From Epiperipatus broadwayi (taxonomy: Eukaryota > Animalia > Onychophora), in NCBI GenBank assembly GCA_028023455.1, contig JAQFVV010000003.1, positions 18,476,001 through 18,540,000 on the forward strand: a stretch of 64,000 nt of DNA, written 5' to 3'. The position numbers and the translations under genes were made by a program. Positions within the stretch are counted from its first letter, which is position 1, and every line of letters starts with the position of its first letter. Below are positions 62,386 through 64,000 of the stretch, piece after piece. A model generated the notes under the pieces. It was not told the DNA's origin, ran no database searches, and worked only from the letters and a program-made list of their open reading frames with translations.

Positions 62386-63539
62386 TGTCAGAAAAACGGA
62401 TTATCTTTTCTTCTCAGCCCACTGTCATTACTGGACGATTTAAAATAATGGTTTTGAAAACATACTTTATTTTTTTTTAGAAAATATAAAGTTTTAAAAA
62501 TTACTTTTTATTAAAGAACTTTTAAGATTCAGCTACACATATATTTAAAACAGATCAGCAACAGAATGACTACTTAGATCTCCGTTTATCTCACAATTTT
62601 CACCCCCCCCCATAGTTTAATTAAAAAAACCAATAAAAACTATTTTTTATTAAATTTTAATATTCCAACAAACCAGCTGTAAAATCGATCTAATGACGTA
62701 ATCAATATAATCTTCCCATACCATGTGACCTTCAGCTGGAAAACTAAAATTTTATTATTAACAAATATTGTGCAATAATTTTTTTTTTAATGATATTTTA
62801 TCCAACCCATAGTAATAAATATAAAATTTAAAGTTATACCCTTTATTAAACCCATAAATATTTCATTGAAATAATTTTATCCACACATTTGTTTTATTTA
62901 TTTTAAACAATATTGAAATTAAATTAGTTCTTTATTTTTATATTTATATTATCCTTGCAGGCATAGACATATTCTCACATACGAATGCAAGCTAATTGTT
63001 TAAAAGTTATTTTTAGAATTACAACAATAAAACGTTAATGAATATTTAATCTACATAATTTTTATAACTGAATGTTAAACTACAAAAACTAACAACAAAT
63101 ATTCTTATTTTTTTCAATAAAAACTTACATATCATTTTTTTAAATTTATTACTTACTTATTCCAACTTAATAATAATATCTTATTATTATTCTTTAAACA
63201 TTAGAATAGATTATACGATAGTTAGTTTAGAATACATTTAATATTACTTACAAACTGACAACTATTTCTGATATCTTTTTTTTTTTTTAGAATTCAAATT
63301 ATTTAGCATTTCTTACCAACCTAACTCATATACCTTTTTCAAATACTTAGACATAATTCCATAATACAACAATGATTATAATCAATACAAGATTATCCTA
63401 GTTTAGTCATTAACTAATTTAATTTTCATTTTTATCATTATTATTTTTTTAAAAATCAGATAATTTCAAACCAAAAGGTTAAGCTAAGATAACATTTGGT
63501 TCCTTTTGGAACTAAGTGAAACTTCATCAGTTAAGTACA
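62386..63539 (-). repeat. 5' LTR (1154 bp)
   Basis: Near-identical to 58546-59704; the homology boundary falls exactly at TGTCA. Confidence 0.82.
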
Positions 63540-63662
63540 ATATAAATAGGTAGATAAAATAATTATGCAATATATATATCTTTAATAAGTTACTTACAAT
63601 TTTTTTCTATCTATTCAATTTATTAATTTTACTTATATTGTTGTTATTTATTTTATATATAG

Positions 63663-63746
63663 TTTCTAAACATTATGAACAAATTCAAGCTTCGTTAATT
63701 TCAGGGCATTCAAAATTATGTCCTTGGCAAGTTAATCCAAGTCCAG
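63663..63746 (+). CDS. ZC3HC1: ZC3HC1/NIPA coding exon 4 (ISKHYEQIQASLISGHSKLCPWQVNPSP + G); gene continues beyond the right edge
   Basis: Acceptor TTTTATATATAG and donor CAG|GTTAGT; 84 nt with phase 1 at both ends. Matches human LKKALCTAHEKFCFWPDSPSP, completing the C3HC zinc-finger His/Cys. Confidence 0.92.
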
Positions 63747-64000
63747 GTTAGTTATTTCTTTTTTTGGGATTTTTTTTTTAATTGTTGTTAATCATTTTTT
63801 TTTTTTTTTTGTACTTCAATTTTAAAATCAATTTTAATAGATGTTTATGAAATGGCTGATAGTTTTTCTGAGTCACTATTAATATGCAAGGAAATCATGA
63901 TATATTGAAGTATTTATTAAAATAAAATCTGATAATGCAGAAAAATTATGTATATAAAATTTGTTGGCTGACATTGTGGAAGAATTAGAATTTAATTTGG

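Larger units (their letters stand above)
58546..63539 (-). mobile_element. Internally deleted Ty3/Gypsy element: two ~1.15-kb LTRs around an RT-thumb/RNase H/integrase remnant
   Basis: Direct repeats 58546-59704 and 62386-63539 start TGTAC and end TGACA on the minus strand. A PPT-like GGTGGGAAAA lies just before the 3' LTR, and pol lies between the LTRs. There is no gag, PR, RT core, PBS or TSD. Confidence 0.8.

Overview
Very AT-rich eukaryotic DNA, most likely an arthropod-type invertebrate (inference from Kozak contexts, SINE/RTE/Penelope content and large introns); there is no prokaryotic, rRNA or CRISPR signal. The window is organised around two divergently transcribed, intron-rich genes that I reconstructed by hand from splice sites, reading-frame phase and recalled similarity to the human proteins. 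KLHDC10 is on the minus strand (5 exons, 32727 down to 2460, continuing past the left edge). ZC3HC1/NIPA is on the plus strand (4 exons, 32781 to 63746, continuing past the right edge). Their start codons are only 53 bp apart with a perfect CRE palindrome between them, and from memory the human orthologues are also head-to-head neighbours on 7q32. KLHDC10 intron 1 is GC-AG and ZC3HC1 intron 2 is a U12-type GT-AG intron. The introns are filled with decayed RTE LINEs, two Ty3/Gypsy elements, a solo LTR, hAT and Tc1/pogo MITEs, tRNA-derived SINEs and Penelope-like remnants. The Penelope-like remnants carry minimal hammerhead ribozyme motifs, two of them with an apparent compensatory A3-U8 core swap. 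An unclassified repeat family occurs in four clusters, each containing both orientations. Identities and family assignments are by eye; no database search or folding program was run.
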